A stretch of 64,000 nt of DNA. Origin: a virus. Taxonomy: Duplodnaviria; Heunggongvirae; Uroviricota; Caudoviricetes. This document shows, piece by piece, positions 17,058 to 25,541 of this stretch. Each line of letters starts with the position of its first letter. The first letter of the stretch is position 1. Under the pieces are notes generated by a model. The model was not told the DNA's origin and did no database searches. It worked only from the letters and a program-made list of their open reading frames with translations. The DNA lies in the IMG/VR virus record IMGVR_UViG_3300034069_000533, positions 65,947-129,946 of that record, one strand, 5' to 3'. The position numbers were made by a program, and so were the translations under genes.

Positions 17058-17385
17058 CTATTTCTTCGCAAACAAGAAAACCTTGCCCGTGCCGGGCGCC
17101 GCCACACGAACACTCACAGCGAAAGCCCTTGGCGTCGGTGCAACGCACATCGCATTTATGCTCAGTGGTAACGCCGTCCACCGGCTTGGCATTCCAAGCA
17201 GCCTGCTTGCAGCGCGGGCACCACACATCGGCAGAGGCTTTAATCCAGTGTTCAAAGTGCATGCGGCCATACTGCTTGCCCTGACGCTTAAACATGCCTT
17301 GGCCAAGCGTCACGGTACGAAAGTCGTTGTAGTCGCGGGCGCTGGTCTGCTTGCACTCGCGGCACTTACCAATGTAGCGGACCAT
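17044..17385 (-). CDS. Cys-rich small protein (paralog of 16655..16999)
   Basis: 113 aa; CRECK...CPRCK...CDVRC...CECSCGGARHGQGF; consensus cassette upstream. Confidence 0.4.
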   Translation of the reverse strand: MVRYIGKCRECKQTSARDYNDFRTVTLGQGMFKRQGKQYGRMHFEHWIKASADVWCPRCKQAAWNAKPVDGVTTEHKCDVRCTDAKGFRCECSCGGARHGQGFLVCEEIALDA

Positions 17386-17444
17386 CTTCGCTATTCCTTC
17401 TGTCTGACAGAAAGATAGCGTTTCGCACGCTATTGGTCAAGCAG
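17386..17444 (-). promoter_or_regulatory. consensus promoter-operator-leader cassette
   Basis: Same cassette. Confidence 0.55.
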
Positions 17445-17445
17445 T

Positions 17446-17886
17446 TTATTCAGTCTTTTTTATCTTATAGCGGGCGCCGTCACGGTATGCCGCCTGAGCA
17501 AACGACAGAGCGCATATGTTGCCGCAAAACGGCTCACATGCCGTTAAGTAGTAACTTTCGCCATCCCACGTTTCCCACGTCACCCGCACGCCATGCAGGT
17601 AATTGGCGTCGCGTGTTTTATAATAGTCCGGCATGCCGTGTTGCGGTTGCTCAGCACCGGGCTTCAGCATCATGGCGCTGCGGTCAACCCATGTCTGCAA
17701 AAGATGGTGGTTGCCCTGATACTGCGGGTCCGGCTCGCCATGACAGACAAACTCGCTGGTCTTGCGCGTGTTGCGCTTGCCGTACTGCTTGCCGCATAGC
17801 GCGCAAATTGGCCGGGGTTTTGCGCCAGGAATCTTAACTCGGCGCTTGGTGGCTGTTGCAGAATGCAAATGGTGAGTAATGGTCAT
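17446..17886 (-). CDS. Cys/His-rich hypothetical protein
   Basis: 146 aa with CALCGK...CHGEPD...CEPFCGNIC. Confidence 0.35.
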   Translation of the reverse strand: MTITHHLHSATATKRRVKIPGAKPRPICALCGKQYGKRNTRKTSEFVCHGEPDPQYQGNHHLLQTWVDRSAMMLKPGAEQPQHGMPDYYKTRDANYLHGVRVTWETWDGESYYLTACEPFCGNICALSFAQAAYRDGARYKIKKTE

Positions 17887-17888
17887 AA

Positions 17889-18137
17889 TTACTCCAATCC
17901 CGCCAGAATGGTTGCAGCCTCATGACCATCGTAAAAAACCGCATTGTCGCGGGCGGTGCGGAACGCGCTGGCAGCCTTGCCAACCTTGGTGCGCAGCCCG
18001 TTAGCGCGGGCGCGATGGCTGCGGGCGGACGCCGGGTCGCCTTCGTTGGCGGCAGTCAGCGCGCAAAGGTTGGCGTCGGTCAGAGCCTCGCGGGCGGCGG
18101 TAAGCTCAGCGTACAGGCGAAGCGCGGTGGAAAGCAT
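17889..18137 (-). CDS. hypothetical small protein
   Basis: 82-aa ORF with the consensus cassette upstream. Confidence 0.35.
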   Translation of the reverse strand: MLSTALRLYAELTAAREALTDANLCALTAANEGDPASARSHRARANGLRTKVGKAASAFRTARDNAVFYDGHEAATILAGLE

Positions 18138-18197
18138 TTTGCGGTGTCCTTCTCTCTGCGTCCCTTATACCGTGGCAAACGATATTGGTCAATAGAA
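18138..18197 (-). promoter_or_regulatory. consensus promoter-operator-leader cassette
   Basis: Same cassette. Confidence 0.55.
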
Positions 18198-18221
18198 AAA
18201 TAGGGCCTAATCCCCATTAAT

Positions 18222-18692
18222 TTAGCGCTTTACGCCTACCCCATCCGAACGAAGCTCAAAGCCACGTCCATAAAATTCTTCACGGCTAACAAAGACTGGC
18301 ACAAGCCCATGCATTGCCCTGCCTGTAATGTCATAAGCAACGCGGCCAAAACTCAAACTGCTCCAACGTTTATGCTCTATTGCATATGTCTCTTTTTCGC
18401 CAAGGCCGACATTGCATACAAATACCTTATCGTCTCCCGCCTCCGGGTGGTTTGCGCTAACGTTATCGCAAAAAATGCTGGCAAAATCTTTGCGGGAATA
18501 AACCTGCTCCGGTTCTGACTCTTCCTCCACCGGCACAGGCTCAACGCTCTTGAGCGCAAAATCCGATGGCGTCTTGACCGTCTCCACAAGCTGAAGCGTT
18601 GCCGTAAACACCGCGCCGCCGGGCGTTTCCGCCCAAGCTGTTGCGCGCACTTCCTGAAAATTGCCGACAAAAACAACCGCATATTCAATCAT
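18222..18692 (-). CDS. hypothetical protein (start moved to MIEYAVVF)
   Basis: 156 aa; RBS aaagga upstream of the adjusted start. Confidence 0.35.
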   Translation of the reverse strand: MIEYAVVFVGNFQEVRATAWAETPGGAVFTATLQLVETVKTPSDFALKSVEPVPVEEESEPEQVYSRKDFASIFCDNVSANHPEAGDDKVFVCNVGLGEKETYAIEHKRWSSLSFGRVAYDITGRAMHGLVPVFVSREEFYGRGFELRSDGVGVKR

Positions 18693-18706
18693 GGTCTGAT
18701 TTCCTT

Positions 18707-19021
18707 TCAGATAGAGAAAAAGGCGAAATTGTCGGCCAGATAGGCGCGAGCCTGCTTCGCGCGGTGCGCGGCGGCGGTATACCACTGGCCCCGGATGGTG
18801 ACGCCACGCTCGCCAGCCTCAGCGGCGGCAACAATGGCGCTGGCGATCATCCGCTTGCGGGCAGTAGCCTCATCAACGTTGGCGGCAATCTGCGCCGCAA
18901 TCTCGGCGTCCGTGGCGCCCTGGACCGTCTCCACCGGCAGCGCGTCAAGCGCCGCCTGCGGGATCGCGCCGTCATAACGAAGGCTGAGGCTTTCCAGAGC
19001 GGCGGCGCGGGTCGTGGTCAT
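18707..19021 (-). CDS. hypothetical Ala-rich protein
   Basis: 104 aa; consensus cassette upstream. Confidence 0.35.
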   Translation of the reverse strand: MTTTRAAALESLSLRYDGAIPQAALDALPVETVQGATDAEIAAQIAANVDEATARKRMIASAIVAAAEAGERGVTIRGQWYTAAAHRAKQARAYLADNFAFFSI

Positions 19022-19081
19022 TGTCGGTGTTCCTTCTCTCTGACGCCATTTATAGCGTTGGCAACGCTTGGCGTCAACAGA
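19022..19081 (-). promoter_or_regulatory. consensus promoter-operator-leader cassette
   Basis: In transcription direction: TTGACG-17-TATAAA, palindrome AGCGTTGCCAACGCT, leader GTCAGAGAGAAGGAACACCGACAATG. Confidence 0.6.
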
Positions 19082-19084
19082 TAT

Positions 19085-19291
19085 TTATGCGTTTGACTGC
19101 CAAAGATGGATGCAGTTTTGCAGAATCTGCGAGCAACGCGACGCCTCAACATCGCTGTCATTGGACTGCTCTACGGCCCTGTCAGTCACCGCCTTAGCCT
19201 GAATAAGCTTGGTCAGCGTTGCGCCTCGCGTATGCCAGGGCCGCTTTTGGTCAAGGCTGACGGCAAGGTTAAAGGCTTCATCATAGGTCAT
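19085..19291 (-). CDS. hypothetical small protein
   Basis: 68 aa, second gene of a unit. Confidence 0.3.
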   Translation of the reverse strand: MTYDEAFNLAVSLDQKRPWHTRGATLTKLIQAKAVTDRAVEQSNDSDVEASRCSQILQNCIHLWQSNA

Positions 19292-19317
19292 TTTATTAAT
19301 CCTTCTCTTTTTGTCTA

Positions 19318-19536
19318 TTACAGGTTTTCAAGCAAATTAAGTGCGTCAGTCACACCGCTAACGTTAATTTCGCCGCCCAAATTGGGGCCAGAAAGAAACC
19401 AGCACGAAGCAGAGCCGCCCAACTTGGCGCCACCGTCAACCGTAAACACGCCCGCATCATGCTCAATCTGATAGCGGCCCGCCGCGATCTGCTGCACAGA
19501 CTTGGCCCGACTGTAAAACTTGCGGCGGTATGTCAT
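19318..19536 (-). CDS. hypothetical small protein
   Basis: 72 aa; consensus cassette upstream. Confidence 0.35.
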   Translation of the reverse strand: MTYRRKFYSRAKSVQQIAAGRYQIEHDAGVFTVDGGAKLGGSASCWFLSGPNLGGEINVSGVTDALNLLENL

Positions 19537-19594
19537 CGGTCAACTCCTTCTCTCTGACATCAACATAGCGTTGCACACGCTATCAGTCAACAGA
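19537..19594 (-). promoter_or_regulatory. consensus promoter-operator-leader cassette
   Basis: TTGACT-17-TATGTT with ATAGCGTGTGCAACGCTAT palindrome. Confidence 0.6.
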
Positions 19595-19611
19595 TATTTT
19601 TGTTGTTTTTG

Positions 19612-19887
19612 TTAAGCTTCTCCTAAAGCTTCCTCGCTAACTATCTGTTGAAGATTCATATCCTTTTCCGGGTTGACGTAATACCATTGCCCAACGTCAT
19701 CAACCGAGCATTCAGGAACACAAGAAATCACAACCAAATCACCGGCAGCGATTAATGTTGGCTCAAAGGAACATTTGCCCAAATAGCGAAGGTGATCGCC
19801 AATGGCATACTTTGGCGTAAAAATCTTGCCAGCTTCGGATTCTCTGACTTCGGCATCTTCCCAAGAGCGATATTCGTTCGTACCCAT
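19612..19887 (-). CDS. hypothetical small protein
   Basis: 91 aa; consensus cassette upstream. Confidence 0.35.
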   Translation of the reverse strand: MGTNEYRSWEDAEVRESEAGKIFTPKYAIGDHLRYLGKCSFEPTLIAAGDLVVISCVPECSVDDVGQWYYVNPEKDMNLQQIVSEEALGEA

Positions 19888-19945
19888 TGTTTAATTCCTT
19901 CTTTCTGCTGCTGTTATACCGTGCGGCACAAGTATGGTCAACAAT
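19888..19945 (-). promoter_or_regulatory. consensus promoter-operator-leader cassette
   Basis: Same cassette. Confidence 0.55.
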
Positions 19946-19973
19946 AAAATGGGGCTTGCGCCCCACTATTTTT
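19946..19973. terminator. bidirectional hairpin terminator
   Basis: aaaatggggcttgcgccccactattttt. Confidence 0.6.
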
Positions 19974-20151
19974 AACCAGCGCTGGCACACTCATCGCCAA
20001 GAGAAATCCACTCCTGAATCTCGGCCAACAGCGCCGCATCCGTCATAAACTCCGGGTCAAGGTCTTTCAGAAAGAAATGGTCAAACAACAGCCCTTCGCC
20101 GTAAATGGCATTCAGCAGATCGGCGCGGGATGTGGTGCTGTCAATAAACAT
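19972..20151 (-). CDS. hypothetical 59-aa protein (below the ORF-track cutoff)
   Basis: Found because a full consensus cassette (20152-20209) has no annotated ORF behind it; ATG plus 59 codons; terminator at 19946-19973. Confidence 0.4.
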   Translation of the reverse strand: MFIDSTTSRADLLNAIYGEGLLFDHFFLKDLDPEFMTDAALLAEIQEWISLGDECASAG

Positions 20152-20209
20152 TGTCTGCTGTCCTTCTCTCTGTAGCTAACTTAGAGTTTGCCACGGTATA
20201 GGTCAAGCA
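20152..20209 (-). promoter_or_regulatory. consensus promoter-operator-leader cassette
   Basis: Same cassette; revealed the 59-aa gene behind it. Confidence 0.55.
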
Positions 20210-20210
20210 G

Positions 20211-20238
20211 AAAAATAGCCCCTTGCGGGGCTTTATTT
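20211..20238. terminator. bidirectional hairpin terminator
   Basis: aaaaatagccccttgcggggctttattt. Confidence 0.6.
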
Positions 20239-20445
20239 AATTCTTTTCGCTACTGCAAATTCAACTTCTAGGTTAATCAAATCTCGGTCCACAAGCGAGC
20301 CAATGGAGTCAACGAACGGAATCTTACGGTTGGGTTTTACTCCGGGGTATCTGGCAGTTACGGTTATGGCGGTGTCATCGAACATAAAATCAATTTCGTG
20401 GTTTTCAAGTTTGGTCACGGCGTCAGCAAAAGTGATTGTCACCAT
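20233..20445 (-). CDS. hypothetical small protein with a distinct promoter region
   Basis: 70 aa; upstream region carries two CACCTATAGGTG/AACCTATAGGCG palindromes instead of the consensus cassette. Confidence 0.35.
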   Translation of the reverse strand: MVTITFADAVTKLENHEIDFMFDDTAITVTARYPGVKPNRKIPFVDSIGSLVDRDLINLEVEFAVAKRIK

Positions 20446-20530
20446 TTTTATTATTTCCTTTACATGCCACCTATAGGTGACATTTGCGATTGTAACCTAT
20501 AGGCGGCACCGCTGGTAATCGGCAGTCACA

Positions 20531-20558
20531 GTAAAAGAGGCGCCCGAAGGCGCCCCCA
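20531..20558 (-). terminator. rho-independent terminator
   Basis: Minus strand: ggcgccttcgggcgcc plus a T-rich tail. Confidence 0.55.
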
Positions 20559-20562
20559 TTCC

Positions 20563-20976
20563 TCAGCCCGCCGCCTGACCCTCGCGCTCGGCGCGCTTGC
20601 GCGCCATGGTGGCCACCCGGCCAGCGGTCATGCGCGCAACCGTCTCCGGGCTGCACTTGTAGCCCGCCGGTCGCCCGCGCTTACCCTTGGGCGGTGCCTC
20701 GCCCTCAGCGGTAGCCATCAGCGCCGTAACCTGTCGGGTCAGCGAGAGGTTGGCGTTGCTCAGCGCCACGTTGGCAACCTCAGCCTCGGCCAGCTTGGCG
20801 GAAAGGCTGTCAACCAGCGCCGTCAAGGCGGCGTCAGGGAGGCCCACAGCGACGGCACCCATGATGGCGGCGGCGGCAGCCTTGACCGCATCCGGGGCGC
20901 CTTCGGGCACGTTGGCCGGGTCAACCGACTGCATCTGGCCACGGGCATTGCGGAAGCTGATGTGAAGCTTGGTCAT
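20563..20976 (-). CDS. AT-hook-containing hypothetical protein
   Basis: 137 aa; C-terminal PKGKRGRPAGYK AT-hook; cassette with leader-hairpin insertion. Confidence 0.4.
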   Translation of the reverse strand: MTKLHISFRNARGQMQSVDPANVPEGAPDAVKAAAAAIMGAVAVGLPDAALTALVDSLSAKLAEAEVANVALSNANLSLTRQVTALMATAEGEAPPKGKRGRPAGYKCSPETVARMTAGRVATMARKRAEREGQAAG

Positions 20977-21066
20977 TGTCCTATTTCCTTCTCTCTGTTG
21001 AGAGACGGGGTTAGCTCCCCGTCCTCTCTGAAAACTAACTTAGCGTTTGCCACGCTTTAGGTCAAC
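20977..21066 (-). promoter_or_regulatory. variant cassette with leader hairpin insertion
   Basis: Hairpin gacggggagctaaccccgtc is flanked by a duplicated CAGAGAG. Confidence 0.5.
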
Positions 21067-21080
21067 AGGTTTTTTCAGAA

Positions 21081-21335
21081 TTATTTGCCGCAAACCAAAT
21101 CAATCTGAAGATTGCGGCTTTTGCCGTTTGCGTCGTCATAGGTTGAGCTGTAGCCAATGCACGGCGGCTTGCCCTGTGCCTTGGCGTCATCGCGCGCCTT
21201 CTCAAAATCAGTCATTAGGCGGTAGATGCAAGTTGAAATAGCACCGCGCCGAACCTCTTTGGCGGTTGTGCAAATCTCCAAGCCATCAATAACGAGACGG
21301 ACGCGGGCGGAATCTGCGATGCGGTGCGAGGCCAT
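21081..21335 (-). CDS. hypothetical small protein
   Basis: 84 aa from the internal MASHRIAD start adjacent to the cassette. Confidence 0.35.
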   Translation of the reverse strand: MASHRIADSARVRLVIDGLEICTTAKEVRRGAISTCIYRLMTDFEKARDDAKAQGKPPCIGYSSTYDDANGKSRNLQIDLVCGK

Positions 21336-21394
21336 TTGTCTATTCCTTCTCTCTGACTGGAAACATACCGTGCGGCACATTTCCAGTCAACAGG
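21336..21394 (-). promoter_or_regulatory. consensus promoter-operator-leader cassette
   Basis: Same cassette. Confidence 0.55.
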
Positions 21395-21409
21395 TTTTTT
21401 CAAAATTAT

Positions 21410-21661
21410 TTAGTCAATCGTCTGCATATAGGCGGCGCCAAGCTCGGTCATGTAAATGACATTCTGGCCACGGTCGTATTCCTCAGAAGTCAGATAGCCC
21501 TTTTTCGCCAGCGATCCGACCACGCCCGACAATTCCTTGCCGGTAATCCCGCTAGGCTTCTGGCTGTCGTTGATGGCCCATGCCCACACACCGTCACCAT
21601 CGGTCCCATAGTGGTTGTGCTTCAGCGACAGCATAACGGCGGCTTCGTTGGTGGTAAGCAT
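21410..21661 (-). CDS. hypothetical small protein
   Basis: 83 aa; consensus cassette upstream. Confidence 0.35.
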   Translation of the reverse strand: MLTTNEAAVMLSLKHNHYGTDGDGVWAWAINDSQKPSGITGKELSGVVGSLAKKGYLTSEEYDRGQNVIYMTELGAAYMQTID

Positions 21662-21721
21662 TTTGTTGGCTCCTTCTCTCTGACACTGAAAATAGCGTTT
21701 GCCACGCTATCTGTCAACACT
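21662..21721 (-). promoter_or_regulatory. consensus promoter-operator-leader cassette
   Basis: TTGACA-17-TATTTT with perfect ATAGCGT-ggcaa-ACGCTAT palindrome. Confidence 0.6.
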
Positions 21722-21797
21722 TTATTTTTTTTATTTGTAACCCTAACTATGGCAAAGTTATCCACAGCCATAGTTAGGGTTATCTGCTTAACTTTAA

Positions 21798-22007
21798 TTA
21801 GGGCAGAATGACATGCCCCATATTGTCACGATCAACAACATAGTAGCGCTTACCGGAAAACTGCCCGGCGCGCTTGGCGGCAGTGCGGGCGGCGGTGTCA
21901 GCATCAGCGCGCACCGTATAAGTGCGGTAGCTAAAACCAACACCCTTGGCAATGCTGTTCGTCTCGGTAACGAGAATAAAGCGGTTGGTGAAGCGCTGCT
22001 TGGTCAT
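21798..22007 (-). CDS. hypothetical small protein
   Basis: 69 aa from the MTKQRF start adjacent to the cassette. Confidence 0.35.
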   Translation of the reverse strand: MTKQRFTNRFILVTETNSIAKGVGFSYRTYTVRADADTAARTAAKRAGQFSGKRYYVVDRDNMGHVILP

Positions 22008-22066
22008 TGTCGGTGTTCCTTCTCTCTGACCTAAAGATAGCGTGCCGCACGGCATCCGTCAACAGT
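22008..22066 (-). promoter_or_regulatory. consensus promoter-operator-leader cassette
   Basis: Same cassette. Confidence 0.55.
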
Positions 22067-22073
22067 TAAATGC

Positions 22074-22108
22074 AAAAAAAAAAGCGCCCGAAGGCGCTTA
22101 ATTATTTT
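22074..22108. terminator. bidirectional hairpin terminator
   Basis: aaaaaaaaaagcgcccgaaggcgcttaattatttt. Confidence 0.65.
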
Positions 22109-22425
22109 CTAATTGTGTTCAAATGCGCAACGGGCTGCCCAACCGCTCTGGCGGCATAACATACTGTTCTGTATGCAGTCTCAATATCATAGGGAATGCC
22201 AAAATTTTCCGGCCAATCCGGCAACAAACGAAAGCTACGCATGCAGTCCATCGCTCGCAGCCTCCAATTTTCATAAGCCGTCGCTGCGCCTTCGTTCAGA
22301 CTATCAACGTATTTGTAATCAAATTCCTTGCCATTAATTGCATCGTTCCACCCACGCCGGGCAGGCTCAGCGCGATAGTCGTCGGGCACAATTCTTTTTA
22401 GTTTTTTTGAGGAAAAATTAGTCAT
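22102..22425 (-). CDS. hypothetical protein
   Basis: 107 aa from the MTNFSSKK start adjacent to the cassette; terminator at 22074-22108. Confidence 0.35.
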   Translation of the reverse strand: MTNFSSKKLKRIVPDDYRAEPARRGWNDAINGKEFDYKYVDSLNEGAATAYENWRLRAMDCMRSFRLLPDWPENFGIPYDIETAYRTVCYAARAVGQPVAHLNTIRK

Positions 22426-22484
22426 CTTTTTTCTCCTTCTCTCTGACGCCAACCATACCGTTTGGCACGGTTAGCGTCAACACT
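22426..22484 (-). promoter_or_regulatory. consensus promoter-operator-leader cassette
   Basis: Same cassette. Confidence 0.55.
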
Positions 22485-22493
22485 TTATTTTAT

Positions 22494-22745
22494 TTATTTG
22501 TAGGTCACAGACAGGTCAAGATTGACGATGGCGCGGCAAGTGTGCCGGCCCGGAATAACCTCCATCACGTCAAAGCCGCTGGCGCCATGGCTGCGAGCGC
22601 TGGACAGAGCGCGCTTGGTGCTGGACACCGCCGCCTTAACCGCATCCGCCAGAGTGGCGAAATCCTTGCCGCCCGCCATCTTGGCGCCAACGCCGTTGAT
22701 GACGTAGAAAGTGCCGGGAACAAAGGTCGGAAACTTGACGGCCAT
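22494..22745 (-). CDS. hypothetical small protein
   Basis: 83 aa; consensus cassette upstream. Confidence 0.35.
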   Translation of the reverse strand: MAVKFPTFVPGTFYVINGVGAKMAGGKDFATLADAVKAAVSSTKRALSSARSHGASGFDVMEVIPGRHTCRAIVNLDLSVTYK

Positions 22746-22804
22746 GGCGTGTATTCCTTCTCTCTGCCCCCTTTATAGCGTTCGCCACGCTACCCGTCAA
22801 CACT
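22746..22804 (-). promoter_or_regulatory. consensus promoter-operator-leader cassette
   Basis: Same cassette. Confidence 0.55.
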
Positions 22805-22808
22805 TAAA

Positions 22809-23183
22809 TCAGAAAAAATCGCAATGCGTATTGCGGAACGTTTGCGCGGCCTCGGCTGGCTGCCAGCCAGGGAGCGCCACCGGGGTGGGTCCGCGCTGGT
22901 AGACCATCACGACAGCCTCAGCCCGGCCAAGGATCGCAGCCGCCCGGCCAGACAGCCCGGCATCCGCGATAGCCTGCCGCTCAGCCGGTTTGGTCAGGTA
23001 GCCGACCGGATACAGCCGGGCGGGGCTAGCAGCCGCCAGAAGGCACGCGGGGAGCGCTGAGGCGCCAACCGTTGCCGGGCCAGCAACCGACAAGCAGCCA
23101 TCGGCAACCTCAGCAGCGGTCAGCGCGCGGCAATAACCGACATGCACAAGCGCGCTATCAGCAAACAGCATAACCCGTGTCAC
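22809..23183 (-). CDS. hypothetical protein
   Basis: ~120 aa; GTG or a nearby ATG start; no cassette, probably read through from upstream. Confidence 0.3.
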   Translation of the reverse strand: MTRVMLFADSALVHVGYCRALTAAEVADGCLSVAGPATVGASALPACLLAAASPARLYPVGYLTKPAERQAIADAGLSGRAAAILGRAEAVVMVYQRGPTPVALPGWQPAEAAQTFRNTHCDFF

Positions 23184-23185
23184 TC

Positions 23186-23358
23186 TTAAACCCCTTGCAT
23201 CTTCGCAATCTGCATCATGTCCAACAGCCGATTAAAGCGCCGAGTCGCAATAAACAACCTTTCTCCATTGTATGAATGCGGATGCTTTTTATACCGCCGG
23301 GCTGCGTAGAGAAATTTATATTTCGCTTGAGCGTAAGCAGTTTGATTAATCTGCATTA
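23186..23358 (-). CDS. hypothetical 56-aa basic protein
   Basis: ATG with RBS gagaagga; not in the ORF track. Confidence 0.3.
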
Positions 23359-23443
23359 TTTTGGTTCCTTCTCAAAAAGCCATCAACTTGACAGCCGGAG
23401 TCGGCGGGGCGATTTCCCCGCCCTCAGCCTTCCCGATTATACC

Positions 23444-23698
23444 CTAACCCGGCCAGCCATGGCGAGCGCGCAAGGCATGCCACAGCCCCTTGCAGTCAGC
23501 CTCATCGCCCTTATTCAGCGCCTCACGGATCGCAACCACGTCTTCTGGCGGGGCAAACTTGAACCGCTTGGCCGGACCCTTCCAAGCCGCGCGCTGCGTT
23601 TCATAGGAATTGGCCGCAATTGCCGTAGCCATGTCGCCTAGCCGCTTATAGATAGCGTTTGCGCCCGGCCAGCCCGGCAAATTACCTGTTGATTCCAT
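23444..23698 (-). CDS. hypothetical small protein
   Basis: 84 aa with RBS; hairpin terminator after the stop. Confidence 0.35.
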   Translation of the reverse strand: MESTGNLPGWPGANAIYKRLGDMATAIAANSYETQRAAWKGPAKRFKFAPPEDVVAIREALNKGDEADCKGLWHALRARHGWPG

Positions 23699-23952
23699 CG
23701 CCTAATTTCCTTCTTCAGCTTGCGGCGCTTTTGCGCCTGACGTGCAATATACCGCGCCATGCGCGCCTGCACACTATTTCTTTGCATTATTTCCCTTCTT
23801 TTTCCTGTCAGCCTTCCGCCATTTGTCCATGCGCGCCAACATCATATTGTGCGCCATCTGCCGGTAAGCCTCAGCCAATTTCCGGCTATCCTCGGCGGCA
23901 TCGCGCAAGCTTTGCGCATGCTGCAACCATTCCTCCGGTGTGCGTTCGGTCA

Positions 23953-24180
23953 CTATGGTTTTGCCTCGCGCAAAACCAAATCTGCAAGATCAGGCTTTCC
24001 AATCTTCTGCAAAAAATCTGCAATAACAGCGGCGGCAACTCCCCTATCGTCAACATAATAGGCGTCAATATATTCGTCTCGCTCACCTGCATAATTACCT
24101 GACGGATCGCTTTCCACAATCTTTTTACGCAAAGTAACAGCGGCGCAATTAAGCGCCCGAGAAAAATCATTTTCAGCCAT
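23953..24180 (-). CDS. hypothetical small protein
   Basis: 75 aa; TAATG coupling to the upstream gene. Confidence 0.35.
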   Translation of the reverse strand: MAENDFSRALNCAAVTLRKKIVESDPSGNYAGERDEYIDAYYVDDRGVAAAVIADFLQKIGKPDLADLVLREAKP

Positions 24181-24434
24181 TACACCGCCTCCCCATACAA
24201 AGCGTTGAAAATCTCCAACGCCTCGCCTTCCACAAAGCCAAACTCGTACATGGTGGTACGCCCCTTGTATTCGCGCCGCACGACGCGGCCCCACAGCCGG
24301 AAGAAGTCAATCTCGTTTTCGTCCTCCTCGCCCGACCGGAAGCAGGCAGCTACCACCTTGGTCGCAAACGGGCCGTCAAGGTCCGTGTGCAGGTTGTTGA
24401 CGCAATGGGCGGGAACCGGAGTGGCGAAAAGCAT
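24180..24434 (-). CDS. hypothetical small protein
   Basis: 84 aa from the MLFATPV start adjacent to the cassette. Confidence 0.35.
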   Translation of the reverse strand: MLFATPVPAHCVNNLHTDLDGPFATKVVAACFRSGEEDENEIDFFRLWGRVVRREYKGRTTMYEFGFVEGEALEIFNALYGEAV

Positions 24435-24493
24435 TGTATGTGTCCTTCTCTCTGACACCTAACTTAGCGTGCGCCACACTAAAGGTCAATAGT
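24435..24493 (-). promoter_or_regulatory. consensus promoter-operator-leader cassette
   Basis: Same cassette. Confidence 0.55.
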
Positions 24494-24761
24494 TATTTTG
24501 CACATTTTCAAGCGCGACATTCGCCTTACGCACCACGCGCGCCCACTCAGCGCCAACTAGCCGTGTGTTGTCCTTTCCGGTGCGAATATCAATAATACTG
24601 TCGAACATGGTGAATACCCGGTGCATGGCCTCGCCTTCCATGTGGCATTCATAAGCCAACACACCCGGCGGCACGGATGCCCGCTCATACGGCACGGCAT
24701 AATTGGCCGGTAGCTTCACCTTGGCGCGACTCATGATGCCATCCAGCCCATAGCCATCCAC
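24486..24761 (-). CDS. hypothetical small protein
   Basis: 91-aa ORF. Confidence 0.3.
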   Translation of the reverse strand: MDGYGLDGIMSRAKVKLPANYAVPYERASVPPGVLAYECHMEGEAMHRVFTMFDSIIDIRTGKDNTRLVGAEWARVVRKANVALENVQNNY

Positions 24762-24879
24762 AGCACGCCCGACAGCGCAAAGCCTGCCGCATATCCCGGC
24801 GCTGCCGCTGGCGACAGGCTGAGGCGAAACCCGCCAGCGATCAGCAGCGCGCCAAATCCCATGAAAACATGACCAATCA
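24731..24879 (-). CDS. small hydrophobic membrane protein
   Basis: 49 aa, almost entirely hydrophobic (GFGALLIAGGF...VLWMAMGWM). Confidence 0.3.
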
Positions 24880-24899
24880 TTTGCTTGCTCCTGCCTGCC

Positions 24900-25053
24900 T
24901 CAAGATTTGCACAAAACAACAACGATGCCAGTCATAGAGATTGAAGCCATAATTAAAAAATAAATCTTGTCTCTTGTCCTGTCGGCACATGATATGACCA
25001 TCAAAGAAAAAACAACAGTAAGAATGCTGAGCGCAAGATAAATTTCGGTAAAC
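24900..25053 (-). CDS. small hydrophobic membrane protein (GTG start)
   Basis: 51 aa with TM-like LALSILTVVFSLMVI...MTGIVVVLC; RBS agaaggaaa 6 nt before the GTG; consensus cassette upstream. Confidence 0.35.
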
Positions 25054-25119
25054 ACGGCAAATTTCCTTCTAATTTTCCTACAAACAAATATACCGTGTCG
25101 CACGCAAACGGTCAACAAA
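25054..25119 (-). promoter_or_regulatory. consensus promoter-operator-leader cassette (slightly divergent leader)
   Basis: ataccgtgtcgcacgcaaacggtcaac plus RBS agaaggaaa. Confidence 0.45.
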
Positions 25120-25146
25120 AAAAGCGCCCGAAGGCGCTTTAATCTT
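25117..25146. terminator. bidirectional hairpin terminator
   Basis: aaaaaaagcgcccgaaggcgctttaatctt. Confidence 0.6.
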
Positions 25147-25157
25147 GTCACTCATAA

Positions 25158-25541
25158 TTATTCTCCCCACACAAAGTTAACGCCATCAACCGGTTTCCAG
25201 CCCGGTAGCCATCGCGGATGCGGTGATTCCACATCCAGCAAAACGATAACTTCCACATCGTAAAACGGTTCAAGTTGCATCGCAATAGCGATTTGCGCGG
25301 TATTATAAAGAATATAAGCAAATCCCTTGTTATGCGTCTCGCCTTCGCGCTCCTTCACGATGGCGCCAAACTTGTATTTCACCGGAGGATTAGCCGCGCG
25401 CACAATATCCGCCGGCAAGCCGGATGCGTCGTTGCGGGGCGGCTGAATGCTCCATGTTCCGCTAGCCATCTGCTCAGCGGTAGCGCTGTGGCAATCTCCC
25501 ACCTTCGGCACACCGACACGGGTAAGCGCGAAAACCTGCAT
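25158..25541 (-). CDS. hypothetical protein
   Basis: 127 aa from the MQVFALT start adjacent to the cassette; terminator at 25117-25146. Confidence 0.35.
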   Translation of the reverse strand: MQVFALTRVGVPKVGDCHSATAEQMASGTWSIQPPRNDASGLPADIVRAANPPVKYKFGAIVKEREGETHNKGFAYILYNTAQIAIAMQLEPFYDVEVIVLLDVESPHPRWLPGWKPVDGVNFVWGE

